Positions 50,171-59,471 of a stretch of 64,000 nt of DNA are shown here, in pieces. Every line of letters begins with the position of its first letter. Position 1 is the stretch's first letter. The stretch spans positions 8,345 to 72,344 of the forward strand of contig WGOD01000004.1 in assembly GCA_016124205.1 (NCBI GenBank), in the 5' to 3' direction. The DNA is from Alphaproteobacteria bacterium (GTDB lineage: Bacteria; Pseudomonadota; Alphaproteobacteria; Caulobacterales; Maricaulaceae). The position numbers were made by a program, and so were the translations under genes. The notes beneath the pieces were generated by a model, which had not been told where the DNA came from, did no database searches, and saw only the letters and a program-made list of their open reading frames with translations.

Positions 50171-52338
50171 ACCCCACATACACCACCTCGACCGATGCCG
50201 ATCCGACGGCCTTCGTGCGCGAGCGCGACGGGCATCGCGAGATCGACCTTCTGGTGAAGGGCGTACATTGCGCGGGCTGTATCGCGCGCGTCGAAGGCGG
50301 GATGACGGAGATGCCGGGCGTACGGCATGCGCGGCTGAACCTGTCGACCGGGCGGCTGGCGCTGAGCTGGGACGGCGAGAAATCGAAGGCGCGGGACTAT
50401 GTCCGGCGCCTGGCCGAGATCGGCTATCCCGCCACGCCCTACGCGCCGGAAGACAGCACTTCGGCGCAGGACGAGGAAGAGAAGCGTCTTCTGAAATGCA
50501 TGGCGGTGGCCGGATTCGCGACCGCGAATGTCATGCTGTTCTCCATCCCGGTCTGGTTCGGCCAGGGCGAGATGGACGAAGGCACGAAAGGGCTGATGCA
50601 CTGGCTGTCGGCGCTGATCGTGCTGCCGGCCGTGGCCTATGCCGGCCGTCCCTTCTTCGAGTCCGCCTTCCGGGCCCTGCGGTCGCGCCGGACCAATATG
50701 GACGTGCCGATCACTCTTGGCGTGACGCTCGCCTGCGGGCTCAGCATCTACGAGACCGTATGGGGGTCCGGCCACGTCTATTTCGACGCGGCGGCGATGC
50801 TGCTCTTTTTCCTGCTGATCGGACGTTTCCTCGACAGCCGGCTGCGGGCCCGCGCCGGCGCGGCGGCGCGGCGTCTCGCCTCGATGCAGGCGGCGACCGC
50901 GAACCGGATGGATGCGAACGGTCATGTCGAAGCCATCCCGGCGCGCGATGTGAAGCCGGGCGACCGGCTCCTGATCGCGGCGGGCGAGAAAGTGCCCGTC
51001 GATGCCGTGGTGGCAGAGGGGGAAAGCGCGCTCGATACCGCGCTGGTCACCGGCGAGACCGTGCCCCGCGACGCCGCGCCCGGCGAGAAAATCTTCTCCG
51101 GCATGGTCAATCTTTCCGCGCCGCTGATCGCCGTGGCCGAGGCCCGGCGAGAGGACTCGCTGCTGGCGGAAATCACGCGTCTCGTCGAAGCGGGCGAACA
51201 GGGTCGGTCGCGTTATGTCCGCCTCGCGGACCGGGCCGCGAAGCTCTACGTCCCGATGGTCCATACGCTGGCGGCGTCATCGGCGATCGGCTGGCTGATT
51301 TTCGGGGCCGAGGCCTATACCGCCATCATCATCGCCGTATCGGTGTTGATCATCACCTGTCCCTGCGCACTCGCCCTCGCCGTTCCGGCGGTCCAGGTGG
51401 TGGCGACGGGCCGGCTCTACCGGTCCGGCGTGCTGGTGAAGTCGGGCGATGCGCTCGAACGCCTGTCGGAAGCCGATCTCGCCGTCTTCGACAAGACCGG
51501 CACGCTGACGATCGGCAAGCCGCAGCTGGTCAACCGGGACGCGGTCGGCGAAGCGAATTTCCAGCTCGCCGCCAAGCTCGCCCGGACCAGCCGTCATCCG
51601 CTGTCGCGCGCCGTCGCGGACCTCGCGGGCATGGGCGATGTCGCCTCGAACGTCAGCGAGACGCCGGGCGGCGGCCTTGAAGCCATGGTCGTGGGCAAGC
51701 GCGTGCGCTTCGGCTCTGCGGCCTGGCTCGGTCTCGAAACCGGCCCCGACGGCGCGTCGGAAGCCTGGCTCTCGGTCGAGGGCGAGGACCCGGTCCGCTT
51801 CGCCTTCGCAGATGCGCTGCGCCCCGATGCGGCGGAGACCGTCTCGCGACTGCGCGCGCTCGGGCTCGAACCGGTGCTTTTGTCGGGCGACCGCGAAGGC
51901 GCGGTGAGGGAGGTCGCCGAAACGCTCGGCATTGCGCACTGGCGCGCCGGTCTGAAGCCGCAGGAAAAGATCGACGATATCGAGGGTTTCAAGGCGCGCG
52001 GCCACAAGGCGATGATGGTCGGCGACGGGATCAATGACGCCCCGGCGCTGGCCTCGGCGCATGTCTCCGTCTCACCAGCCGCTGCTGCCGACATCTCGCA
52101 AGCTGCCGCCGATCTCGTGCTTCAGGGAGAGGGGCTGTCGGCGATCCCGGACGCCATCGTCGTGGCCCGCGCCGCGCGCCGTCGCGTGCTGGAGAATTTC
52201 GGCCTGACCATTCTTTACAACTGTATCGCCGTCCCACTCGCCGTCTTCGGTTTCGTGACGCCGCTGGTCGCAGCCATCGCGATGTCCGGTTCGTCGATGG
52301 TGGTGACGCTGAACGCGCTCAGACTGGCCCGCAAATGA
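50158..52338 (+). CDS. ccoI: Cu-translocating P1B-type ATPase CcoI/FixI
   Basis: HCAGC metal-binding domain, TGET, ITCPCAL, DKTGT, HPLS, GDGINDAP. Confidence 0.95.
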   Translation: MAAIDPTYTTSTDADPTAFVRERDGHREIDLLVKGVHCAGCIARVEGGMTEMPGVRHARLNLSTGRLALSWDGEKSKARDYVRRLAEIGYPATPYAPEDSTSAQDEEEKRLLKCMAVAGFATANVMLFSIPVWFGQGEMDEGTKGLMHWLSALIVLPAVAYAGRPFFESAFRALRSRRTNMDVPITLGVTLACGLSIYETVWGSGHVYFDAAAMLLFFLLIGRFLDSRLRARAGAAARRLASMQAATANRMDANGHVEAIPARDVKPGDRLLIAAGEKVPVDAVVAEGESALDTALVTGETVPRDAAPGEKIFSGMVNLSAPLIAVAEARREDSLLAEITRLVEAGEQGRSRYVRLADRAAKLYVPMVHTLAASSAIGWLIFGAEAYTAIIIAVSVLIITCPCALALAVPAVQVVATGRLYRSGVLVKSGDALERLSEADLAVFDKTGTLTIGKPQLVNRDAVGEANFQLAAKLARTSRHPLSRAVADLAGMGDVASNVSETPGGGLEAMVVGKRVRFGSAAWLGLETGPDGASEAWLSVEGEDPVRFAFADALRPDAAETVSRLRALGLEPVLLSGDREGAVREVAETLGIAHWRAGLKPQEKIDDIEGFKARGHKAMMVGDGINDAPALASAHVSVSPAAAADISQAAADLVLQGEGLSAIPDAIVVARAARRRVLENFGLTILYNCIAVPLAVFGFVTPLVAAIAMSGSSMVVTLNALRLARK

Positions 52339-52526
52339 CCGTTATCCTGCTGCTGATCCCCGCTGCGCTGTTGCTGGCCCTGTTCGGGCTAGGCGCTTTT
52401 TTCTGGACCGTGAAGTCCGGTCAGTACGAGGACATGGACGGTGCGGCGCAACGCATCCTTCTGGACGACGACGCGCCGCTTCCCGACCGCACCGATGCCG
52501 ATCAGGACGGGAAGAGGTCCCGATAG
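52335..52526 (+). CDS. ccoS: cbb3 oxidase maturation protein CcoS/FixS
   Basis: LLIP...FFWTVKSGQYEDMDGAAQRIL. Confidence 0.92.
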   Translation: MTVILLLIPAALLLALFGLGAFFWTVKSGQYEDMDGAAQRILLDDDAPLPDRTDADQDGKRSR

Positions 52527-53251
52527 GCCCGGAAGCTGGCATGCCCCAGCCAGGGGAAGATGATCGCCAGCGGCAGGATGAAGAGGGCGATGCCGCCCGC
52601 TGTCATCAGCGCAATCGTGATCGCCCAGCTCAGCGCCAGTATCGGCATCCGCTTCACCGCATCGACACTGGCGATCAGTGCCGTCACGGCATCGACATCG
52701 CGGTCGATCAGCATCGGGAATGAAAAGGCGGAGATCGCGAAAGCCGCAAAGGCGAGCGCCCCGCCGATCACCGTTCCCACCGCGATCATGGTCAGCCCCG
52801 CCGGGTCGGCTAGGGCGAATTGCGTGAAATCCTGCACCGGCATGTAGTTGCCGATCGTGAAGGTGGCATAGAGCGCCCGCGCGATGAGGATCCAGAACAG
52901 GAAGATCACGACGAGGAGGACGCCGAGGAAGGCGACCTGTCCGAACCGGCCCTTCGGAATGTCGCGAACCGCGGTCCAGCTGACTTTCTGGCCGGCGTCT
53001 TCCAGCGCGGAAATCCGGTAGAAGCCCACGGCGAAGGCCGGGGCGACCAGCGCGAAGCCCGCAAGGGCAACCGGGGTGATCGAGCCCAGGCCGAGCGTCC
53101 AGAGACCGGCGGTGATCGCCAATCCTACCACCACGAAGATCAGTCCGTATCCGATGGAATAAAGCGGTGCGGACCAGAGATCGCCCCACCCGGCCTTGAG
53201 CCAGTCCCAGTGCGATGCCGCGTCCACACGCTGCGCTGTCATCGTCGTCAT
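52502..53251 (-). CDS. DUF2189 integral membrane protein
   Basis: WLKAGWGDL, GFALVAP, PMLIDRDVD, PWLGHASFRAYRD. Confidence 0.85.
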   Translation of the reverse strand: MTTMTAQRVDAASHWDWLKAGWGDLWSAPLYSIGYGLIFVVVGLAITAGLWTLGLGSITPVALAGFALVAPAFAVGFYRISALEDAGQKVSWTAVRDIPKGRFGQVAFLGVLLVVIFLFWILIARALYATFTIGNYMPVQDFTQFALADPAGLTMIAVGTVIGGALAFAAFAISAFSFPMLIDRDVDAVTALIASVDAVKRMPILALSWAITIALMTAGGIALFILPLAIIFPWLGHASFRAYRDLFPS

Positions 53252-53346
53252 TTCCGCCTCCCCGCGTCGAAAGACCACATTCTATTTACGGATGATTTCG
53301 TGCAAGGTTCAAGAACCCAAAAGGCCGCAGGGGCAGGGGGCGATTT

Positions 53347-54060
53347 TTGGACCACGGCGCGACCGTTTCGATTCTGACCCATCCCGGTTTCATGGGCGGC
53401 GTGCTGGCGGGTTTCGCCAGCACGCTGCACTGCGCCGTGATGTGCGGCGGGATCGGGTCGGCGTTGATGTTTTCTCTCTCGCCGGGCGGCTCAATGAGGT
53501 CGCGCGCCGGCGCTCTGGCGACAGCTCAGGCGGGCAAGTGGGTGACCTATATCGCGCTCGGTGCGCTGGCCGGTTGGCTCGGCTCGGGCCTGTTGTCCTA
53601 TCTCGAGCCCAGTGCCGCCCAACTGGTCACGCGCTGGCTGGCCGCCGTGACGCTTGTGTGGATCGGATTGTCGATCACCGGCCTGCTCCCCTCGTTTGCT
53701 GCAGCCGACCGGGTCTTCGCACCGGTGACGCGGCGGCTGGTTCAGTCCGCCGGGTTTCGTGCTGCGGGCCGTGCCGCTCCGGCGGTGGCCGGGCTGGTCT
53801 GGGGGCTGATCCCGTGCGGCCTCGTCTATGCCGTGCTGCTGCTGGCGATGAGTGCCGGATCAGCGATGGACGGGGCCGTCGTGATGGCCGGGTTCGGCCT
53901 CGGCGTCATGCCGGGCGTCACCGCGACAGCACTGGGTTTCGGCAGTCTCGCAAAGCTGGGCCAGGCCGCGAAAATCCGCGGCGCTGCGGGCGTCGCGATC
54001 GCGGCGCTCGGCATGGCCAGCGTGGCCTATGCCCCGGCCGTGGCGTGGATCTGCCGCTAG
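53347..54060 (+). CDS. DsbD_2 / TauE-SafE-like membrane protein (cbb3 biogenesis-associated)
   Basis: HCAVMCGG, GLIPCGLVY, MAGFGLG; exact start uncertain. Confidence 0.85.
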   Translation: MDHGATVSILTHPGFMGGVLAGFASTLHCAVMCGGIGSALMFSLSPGGSMRSRAGALATAQAGKWVTYIALGALAGWLGSGLLSYLEPSAAQLVTRWLAAVTLVWIGLSITGLLPSFAAADRVFAPVTRRLVQSAGFRAAGRAAPAVAGLVWGLIPCGLVYAVLLLAMSAGSAMDGAVVMAGFGLGVMPGVTATALGFGSLAKLGQAAKIRGAAGVAIAALGMASVAYAPAVAWICR

Positions 54061-54067
54061 GCGGTGT

Positions 54068-55405
54068 TCAGACCGAGACGGAGTGTTTCGCGTTGCCGGC
54101 CATCAGCCGCTTGTCGAAGGCGGCGGCAACGATACGCGCCAGCGTGCGGTAGACCGGGTTGATCACGACGAGATCGCCGTCGCGCCGGACGATGCCGTCG
54201 GCTTCCAGTTCGGACAGGTCCGGGTTCGGAACGGGCTGTCCGTGCTTGCGGGCGAGCGTGCCGAGATCGGCTTCGAGATCGCACATCAGGCGCTCGATGA
54301 TCTCCGACCGGAAGAGGTCGTCGCCCTCATAGGCGCAGCCGCGGGCCACCGGCAGATCGCCCGCCGCAACCGTCTTTTCCCAAGCGGCGATGTCGGCGGT
54401 GTTCTGGACGTGACCTTGGGGAAGGCGGCCGATGGCCGAAGCCCCGAAGCCGATCAGCGCATCGGCCGCGTCCGTCGTATAGCCCTGGAAATTGCGGTGA
54501 AGGTGACCGGTGCGCTGCCGTTCGGCGAGCGGGTCGCCGGGCCGCGCATAGTGATCGAAACCGATGGCGGCATAGCCCGCCGCGACGAGGCGTTCGGCGA
54601 TCGCCTGGGCCTGCGCGATGCGGGCCTCGGTGCCGGGCAGGTCGCCGGTCTCGATCAGGCGCATATGCCCCTTCATGTGCGGGACATGGGCATAACCGAA
54701 GACGGACAGCCGGTCGGGTTCCAGCTCGAGCACGCGGTCGACGGTCTCGATGCAGCTTTCGAGCGACTGCTTCGGCAGGCCGTAGACCAGGTCGACATTG
54801 ATCGCACTCACGCCATTGCCGCGCAGGCGGTCGGCGCAGGCTTTCGTCACCTCGAAGGACTGAATGCGGTTGATGGCGCGCCGCACGTCCGGGTCGAAGG
54901 TCTGCACGCCGATGCTGGCGCGGTTGAAGCCGGTATCGCCGAGAGCCGCCGCGCGGGCGTCGTCGAGCGTGCGGGGATCGACCTCGATGGCAATTTCGGC
55001 ACCCGGCTGGAGGTCGAAGCGGTCGCGGACGAGGGCCATGATGCGGCGCATGCGGTCGGCCGGAACAAGTGTCGGACTGCCGCCGCCCCAGTGAAGGTGA
55101 TCGACTTTCTGCCGGTGCGGGATGAGCGCGGCGGTGGTGTCGATCTCCATCTCGAGCCGGTCGAGATAGCGGTCGATCGGGCCGTCCTTCAGGCTCGCCC
55201 GCGTGTGGCAACCGCAATACCAGCACAGAACCCGGCAATAGGGCAGGTGGAAGTAGAGCGAGCCGCGATGATCCGGTGTCAGTTCACCCAGCCAGCCGGC
55301 ATAGGTCGCGCCGTCCACGCCCGCATGGAAATGCGGCGCGGTCGGGTAGCTGGTGTAGCGCGGCGTGTTGCGCGCGGCGTATTTCAGGAGCACCGGATCC
55401 GTCAT
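54068..55405 (-). CDS. hemN: Oxygen-independent coproporphyrinogen III oxidase
   Basis: PRYTSYPTAPHF, HLPYCRVLCWYCGC radical-SAM motif, WGGGSP, LHRNFQGYT. Confidence 0.95.
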   Translation of the reverse strand: MTDPVLLKYAARNTPRYTSYPTAPHFHAGVDGATYAGWLGELTPDHRGSLYFHLPYCRVLCWYCGCHTRASLKDGPIDRYLDRLEMEIDTTAALIPHRQKVDHLHWGGGSPTLVPADRMRRIMALVRDRFDLQPGAEIAIEVDPRTLDDARAAALGDTGFNRASIGVQTFDPDVRRAINRIQSFEVTKACADRLRGNGVSAINVDLVYGLPKQSLESCIETVDRVLELEPDRLSVFGYAHVPHMKGHMRLIETGDLPGTEARIAQAQAIAERLVAAGYAAIGFDHYARPGDPLAERQRTGHLHRNFQGYTTDAADALIGFGASAIGRLPQGHVQNTADIAAWEKTVAAGDLPVARGCAYEGDDLFRSEIIERLMCDLEADLGTLARKHGQPVPNPDLSELEADGIVRRDGDLVVINPVYRTLARIVAAAFDKRLMAGNAKHSVSV

Positions 55406-55459
55406 GCGATCTGCCTATACCCGTGAGAAAAGTACGGGAATGCGACAAATGCGACCGGG

Positions 55460-57268
55460 CTATTTCCAGATGGCGGTCATCCCCGCGACGCGCTGCGACG
55501 GGCTGGGCGTCGAACCCGGTTCGGTCGTGGGCGCCGTGCCATCGAGCGCGGCGGCGGCGCAGTCCGGGTCGAGATCGCGGATCGCCTCGAACTGGTGAAG
55601 ATAGACCTTGCCGGTCAATTCGGCCGGGAAGTGCGAGCGCTTCAGCGCGTCCATCACCGGGCCTTTCACCTCGGTCAGGTGCAGTGTCGCGCCGGCATCG
55701 GCGAGGCGGCGATTGATCGCTTCGAGGCTTTCCAGGCCGCTGGCATCGATCCGGTTTACCGCTGGACACATCAGGATGAGGTGCTTGAGGTCGGGGCGGT
55801 TGGCGAGGATCTGCACCACGGTCTCCTCCAGGAAATTCGCCGAGGCGAAATAGAGGCTCTCATCGATGCGGATGGTCAGGATCCGGTCCGGCACGACGAC
55901 CGGATGGCGATTGACGTTGCGGAAATGCTGCGTGCCTGGCACCTGGCCGACAATCGCGAAGTGCGGGCGGCTGGTGTTGTAGAGGTGCAGGAAGAGCGAC
56001 AGGACGACGCCGGTCGTGATGCCCCATTCCACGCCGAAGCTGAGCGTGACCGCGATCGTGCCGCCCATCGCCGCGAAGTCGGTCTTCGAAAAGTGCCAGA
56101 CTTTCACGACCTCTTTCAGGTTCACCAGCGACAGGACGGCGACGATGATGGTCGCGGCGAGAACGGCCTGCGGCAGGTTGAAGAGGAAGGGCGTCAGGAA
56201 AAGCGTGGCGAGCGCGATACCGATGGCGGTGAAGGCGCCGGCCGCTGGTGTCTCCGCGCCGGCATCGAGATTGACCGCCGAACGGGCAAGCCCGCCCGTC
56301 ACGGGATAGCCGGAGGACAGGCCCGACGAAAGGCTGGCCGCGCCGAGCGCGACGAGTTCCTGGTTGGCGTCGATCCTCTGGCGCTTCTTCGCAGCGAGCG
56401 TGCGCCCGACCGAGACCGATTCCACGAAGCCGATGAGGGCGATCAGCGCCGCCGACCCGGCGAGCTGGGCCCAGACATCGGCATCGAAGCGGGGAATGCC
56501 GAGCGCGGGAAGCTCGCGCGGAACCTCACCAAGAATGCGCACGCCCTGGTCGGCGAGGCCGAGCGCAGTGACGGCCACGATGCTGGCAATCACGGCGAAG
56601 ACCGGACCCGCGCGCGAAATCAGCGCGGCGGGGGTTTCGGGCAGGCCGAAACGGACGAGGAGCGGTTTCAGCCCGGACCGTGCCCAGGCAAGGAAGGCGA
56701 GCGAGGCAAGGCCGATGACCAGGGTCGGGATGTTGGTCTGGGGCAGGGCGCGGGCGAGCGAAAAGAGCTGGGCGAAGAGGTTATGCCCCTCTGCCGGAAC
56801 GCCGAGAATATGCTTCAGCTGCGAGGCCGCGATGATCAGTCCCGAGGCGGTGATGAAGCCGGAAACGACCGGGTGGCTGAGGAAGTTGGCGAGGAAGCCC
56901 ATCCGGAAGAGGCCGAAGACGAGCAGCATGCCGCCGGACAGGAAGGCGAGGATCAGCGCAGCCTCGACATAGGCCGGCGAGCCGGGCTCGGCGATGCGGC
57001 TGGCTGCGGCGGCGGTCATCAGCGACAGGATGGCGACCGGACCGACGGCGAGCTGTCGGCTGGTGCCGAACAGGGCGTAGACGATCAGCGGAAGGATGGA
57101 GGCGTAGAGCCCGACCTGCGGCGGCAATCCCGCCAGCATCGCATAGGCAAGCGATTGCGGGATGAGCATGATGGTGACGATCAGCGCGGCGTTGAGATCG
57201 CTGACCAGCGTCTGACCGGTATAGCGGCGGCCCCAGTCGAGGATGGGGAGGTAGCGCGAGAGTTTCAC
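55460..57268 (-). CDS. sulP: SulP family anion permease with STAS domain
   Basis: IPQSLAYAMLAGLPP, GTSRQLAVGP, VTGGLARSAVN, RIDESLYF, IDASG; GTG start at 57268 preferred. Confidence 0.92.
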   Translation of the reverse strand: MKLSRYLPILDWGRRYTGQTLVSDLNAALIVTIMLIPQSLAYAMLAGLPPQVGLYASILPLIVYALFGTSRQLAVGPVAILSLMTAAAASRIAEPGSPAYVEAALILAFLSGGMLLVFGLFRMGFLANFLSHPVVSGFITASGLIIAASQLKHILGVPAEGHNLFAQLFSLARALPQTNIPTLVIGLASLAFLAWARSGLKPLLVRFGLPETPAALISRAGPVFAVIASIVAVTALGLADQGVRILGEVPRELPALGIPRFDADVWAQLAGSAALIALIGFVESVSVGRTLAAKKRQRIDANQELVALGAASLSSGLSSGYPVTGGLARSAVNLDAGAETPAAGAFTAIGIALATLFLTPFLFNLPQAVLAATIIVAVLSLVNLKEVVKVWHFSKTDFAAMGGTIAVTLSFGVEWGITTGVVLSLFLHLYNTSRPHFAIVGQVPGTQHFRNVNRHPVVVPDRILTIRIDESLYFASANFLEETVVQILANRPDLKHLILMCPAVNRIDASGLESLEAINRRLADAGATLHLTEVKGPVMDALKRSHFPAELTGKVYLHQFEAIRDLDPDCAAAALDGTAPTTEPGSTPSPSQRVAGMTAIWK

Positions 57269-57305
57269 CGCTGGTCCATTCCCCTCATGCCCCCGACTCA
57301 CGCGA

Positions 57306-58172
57306 TCATAGCGCGTTGATCGGAAGTTTCATGTAGCGCTGGCCATTGTCCTCCGCGGGCGGCAATTCACCGGCGCGCATGTTGATCTGGACCGAGGGCA
57401 GGATCAGCTTCGGCATCGGTAGGGTGGCATCGCGCGCGGTGCGCATGGCGATGAATTCCTCGCGTGTCGTGCCGGTCTTCACATGCTTGTTCGAGCGCTT
57501 CTGCTCGCCCACCGTGGTTTCCCAGACGAATTCGTCGCGGCCCGGTGCCTTGTAGTCGTGGCACAGGAACATGCGGGTGTCGTCCGGCAGGTCGAACAGG
57601 CGCTGGATGGAGTCGTAGAGCGTGCCGGCATCGCCGCCGGGGAAGTCGCAGCGCGCAGTGCCGAAGTCCGGCATGAAGAGCGTGTCGCCGACAAAGACGG
57701 CGTCGCCGATCACATGGCTCATGCAGGCCGGCGTGTGGCCGGGCGTGAGGAGGGCGCGGCCTTCGAGATTGCCGATCCGGTAGGTCTCGCCATCGGCGAA
57801 GAGGTGGTCGAACTGGCTGCCGTCGGTGTGGAAGGACTGGCCTTCATTGAAGATCTTGCCGAACACGTTCTGGACGACCGGGATGCGGTCGCCGATCGCG
57901 GTCTTGCCGCCGAGCTGGCTGCGGATATAGGGCGCAGCGGTCAGGTGGTCGGCGTGGACATGGGTGTCGATGATCCACACGCAGGTGAAGCCCTGCTCGC
58001 GGACATAGGCGATCAGCATGTCGGCGGAGGCCGTATTGGTGCGGCCGGAGGCCTGATCGAAATCGAGCAGCGAGTCGATCACGGCGCACGCCTTCGTGTC
58101 CGGATCGGACACGACATAGCTGATCGTGTTCGTCGCCTCGTCGAAGAAGCCCTTGACGTCGGGTCGGTTCAT
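57306..58172 (-). CDS. MBL-fold persulfide (sulfur) dioxygenase, Blh/SdoA-like
   Basis: FFDEATNTISY, THVHADHL, TPGHTPAC, GDTLFMPDFGTARCDFPGG, CHDY, LPSVQINMRAG. Confidence 0.85.
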   Translation of the reverse strand: MNRPDVKGFFDEATNTISYVVSDPDTKACAVIDSLLDFDQASGRTNTASADMLIAYVREQGFTCVWIIDTHVHADHLTAAPYIRSQLGGKTAIGDRIPVVQNVFGKIFNEGQSFHTDGSQFDHLFADGETYRIGNLEGRALLTPGHTPACMSHVIGDAVFVGDTLFMPDFGTARCDFPGGDAGTLYDSIQRLFDLPDDTRMFLCHDYKAPGRDEFVWETTVGEQKRSNKHVKTGTTREEFIAMRTARDATLPMPKLILPSVQINMRAGELPPAEDNGQRYMKLPINAL

Positions 58173-58240
58173 GGCGGCCTCGCGTGGCTGCATGCAATGG
58201 GTCACAGGATGGCGGGCGGCGGTCCGGCGTTCAAGCCGCG

Positions 58241-59065
58241 TCAGACGCCTTCGCCGGCGAAGGCCTTCTCGATCACGAATTGCGCCGGGGCGGCGTTCGA
58301 GCCCTCGGTGAAGCCGCGTTCGATCATCATGGCCTTGAGATCACGCAGCATGGCATCGGAGCCGCAGATCATCACCCGGTCGGTCGCCGGGTCGAGCGCG
58401 GGCATGCCCGTCGCCCCGGCCAGTTCGCCATTGGCGATCAGGTCGGTGATGCGGCCGCGCTGGGTCTCGCTGTCGTCGCGCGTGGTCGAGGTGAAGTGGA
58501 TCAGGCGGTCGCCGACCAGCTCCCCGACAAGCGGATCGTTGCGGATCGCGGCGACCAGTTCGCGGCCGTATTCCAGCTCCGCCCCGGTGCGGCAGGTATG
58601 GGTCAGAATGACCGTTCTGAACTTCTCATAGGTCTCCGGCTCGCGGATGACGCTCGCGAAGGGCGCGAGGCCGGTGCCGGTGGAGAAGAGGTAGAGGTGC
58701 TCGCCGGGAATGAGCGCGTCATGGACGAGCGTGCCGGTCGGCTTCTTGCCGAGCAGGACACCGTCGCCGGGCTGGATGTGCTGCAGCTCTGTGGTCAGCT
58801 GACCGCCGGGCGCCTTGATCGAGTAGAATTCCAGCTCCTCGTCCCAGGTCGGGCTGCAGATCGAATAGGCGCGCAGCACCGGCTTGCCGGCGATCATCAG
58901 GCCGATCATCACGAATTCGCCGGCGCGGAAGCGGAAGGACTGCGGCCGTGTGATGCGGAAGGAGAAGAGCGTGTCGGTCCAGTGCTTCACCGACAGGACG
59001 CGCTCGACCGTCGCGGTCTTCGGCGGGACGAAATCGTCATGGAGGATGTTGTCGAACATGGGCAT
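58241..59065 (-). CDS. fpr: Ferredoxin/flavodoxin-NADP+ reductase
   Basis: HWTDTLFSF, GEFVMIGL, RAYSICS, TGTGLAPF, MICGS, VIEKAF. Confidence 0.93.
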   Translation of the reverse strand: MPMFDNILHDDFVPPKTATVERVLSVKHWTDTLFSFRITRPQSFRFRAGEFVMIGLMIAGKPVLRAYSICSPTWDEELEFYSIKAPGGQLTTELQHIQPGDGVLLGKKPTGTLVHDALIPGEHLYLFSTGTGLAPFASVIREPETYEKFRTVILTHTCRTGAELEYGRELVAAIRNDPLVGELVGDRLIHFTSTTRDDSETQRGRITDLIANGELAGATGMPALDPATDRVMICGSDAMLRDLKAMMIERGFTEGSNAAPAQFVIEKAFAGEGV

Positions 59066-59471
59066 TCCGGCGTTCTGGTCGCGGACGGAGCAGGCCGGGC
59101 CGCGAAGGGTCGGCTTTCACGTATTCGTTGCGCGCCGGGTTGGCCAGCCCGCACGGTGCGAAAGCGTCAACGGGTCGCATGACCGCTCGCGTGGCGGCAG
59201 ACAACGGCACGCGCGCAAGCGCACCGGCACGTCCGGCGCGTGCGCGACGCAACAGGCCGGCGCTCACCGGTTTCAGTCGGCGCCTCTCAGGTGCGAAGGC
59301 TTTGTGAATATCGCCTTTGAAACGAAATTTGTTGCAGCGGCGGCGAAGTGTTACCAAACTCCTAACACGCGGGGGATGCACTGAACCGGCCGCTGGTCCG
59401 TTGATCGACCCCTCAAGGCTTGGATGATCCGTTCGGCCAGGACCGGACGCCCATACCCGGGGGGATACATC

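Noticed and set aside
53292-53305. FNR-like ATGAT-TTCG-TGCAA between DUF2189 and DsbD_2
   Set aside because: Three mismatches to TTGAT-N4-ATCAA; too weak to call
59066-59471. Possible riboswitch or sRNA in the 400-bp fpr-adhesin intergenic region (CTCTCAGG at 59284 resembles a glycine-riboswitch element)
   Set aside because: The accompanying GGAGA/CCGAAG architecture is missing and the gene context is unrelated; it would need an Infernal/Rfam hit
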